Shown here one piece after another: positions 63,106 through 64,000 of a DNA stretch of 64,000 nt; positions within the stretch are counted from its first letter, which is position 1; every line of letters starts with the position of its first letter. Below the pieces are notes generated by a model. It was not told where the DNA came from, made no database searches, and saw only the letters and a list, made by a program, of their open reading frames with translations. The position numbers were made by a program, and so were the translations under genes. The stretch is from Felis catus (Eukaryota): contig NC_058368.1 in assembly GCF_018350175.1 (NCBI RefSeq), forward strand, positions 184,328,001 through 184,392,000, read 5' to 3'.

Positions 63106-64000
63106 AAAATAAATTTATAATAGTCTCATTTAATAAATATCTCTTATATTGTCCATTATTTTACAAATATTTTGAAAGCTTGAATAGGCTCATTTGAATA
63201 TATAGCTTCCTACTAGAATTTGTGTAACTTTGCTGTCACCAACAGGTTTCTGTGTGAATTAAATGTTTTTATCTCAGTATGTTTTCATTATATCTAACAG
63301 TTAAAAATCAAGGAATAAGCCACACTGTTATTTTTCTTAAACTTGAGATGCTCTGTAGAGTGCAATTAAGCATTAACATATTACATTTGGGAAAGTAATT
63401 ATTATTTTTTGATTTGCCTGAAGAGGATAGTGTGGACATATATCAGCCAAAGAGCCATTTATATTTTTTTTCTCTAGCAGTAGATTTATTTCTCCATTAA
63501 ATGTAGAAAGATCATCAATATCCACTACATGGCTTCAATTAACTGAACATTTTGTCAACCACTGCTATTCTCCAGCTGCCACATATACCATATGAAATAA
63601 TAGAGAACCTATCCTGTTTTCTCATCTTCCTTCTCAATTAAACAAAAGAAAATAGAATGACAAGAGGACATTAACACTAAGGCTGCCTTTTAGTTGGCAT
63701 CTGCACTTCTACAGATAATTTATAAAAAGTTGTGTAAAGGAAGAACCAATGTAAAAGCAAGAACACAAAGGTGTTCCCTTCCCCCTACCTTATCCCATTT
63801 TCAATGCCCTTGGCTCTTATGCTTCACAAAGTCTCATCATCACCAAGCCATAAAAGAGAGGGATTCAGAGAGTATTACCCTTTGACCACCACAGAAATAC
63901 CTAAGAGAACTATCAGTCAATCGTGAATAAAAAAAATAGTTTATTAATATAATCATACATTACCACAAACTGGTATTATTTTATTTTTCAACAATACAGA

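Overview
AT-rich, CpG-depleted mammalian non-coding DNA (a large intron or intergenic region), almost certainly from a cat (Felidae), judged by its tRNA-derived CanSINE/SINEC_Fc elements. I recognise no protein-coding exon, RNA gene, CpG-island promoter or processed pseudogene. The ORF track is explained by SINEs, microsatellites, decayed L1 and chance. The window holds about 22 CanSINEs (four very young), several decayed or rearranged LINE-1 blocks, four solo LTRs (MLT2-, MER21-, MER77- and MLT1C-like), hAT MITEs, L2/MIR relics and many microsatellites, with unique stretches between them that contain a few enhancer-like motif clusters. I found no convincing novel biological system. The best observations are structural fossils: two L1 ORF1 remnants fused tail-to-tail at the same codon (~4220); an L1 ORF2 split by a tailless endonuclease-domain segment (55915-58425); an L1 fragment with a ~50-bp target-site duplication (TSD) whose microsatellite diverged between copies (51113-51580); and a 45-bp templated insertion (45990-46420). 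Repeat subfamily names come from my recall of consensus sequences and need a RepeatMasker/Dfam check; boundaries of old repeats are approximate.
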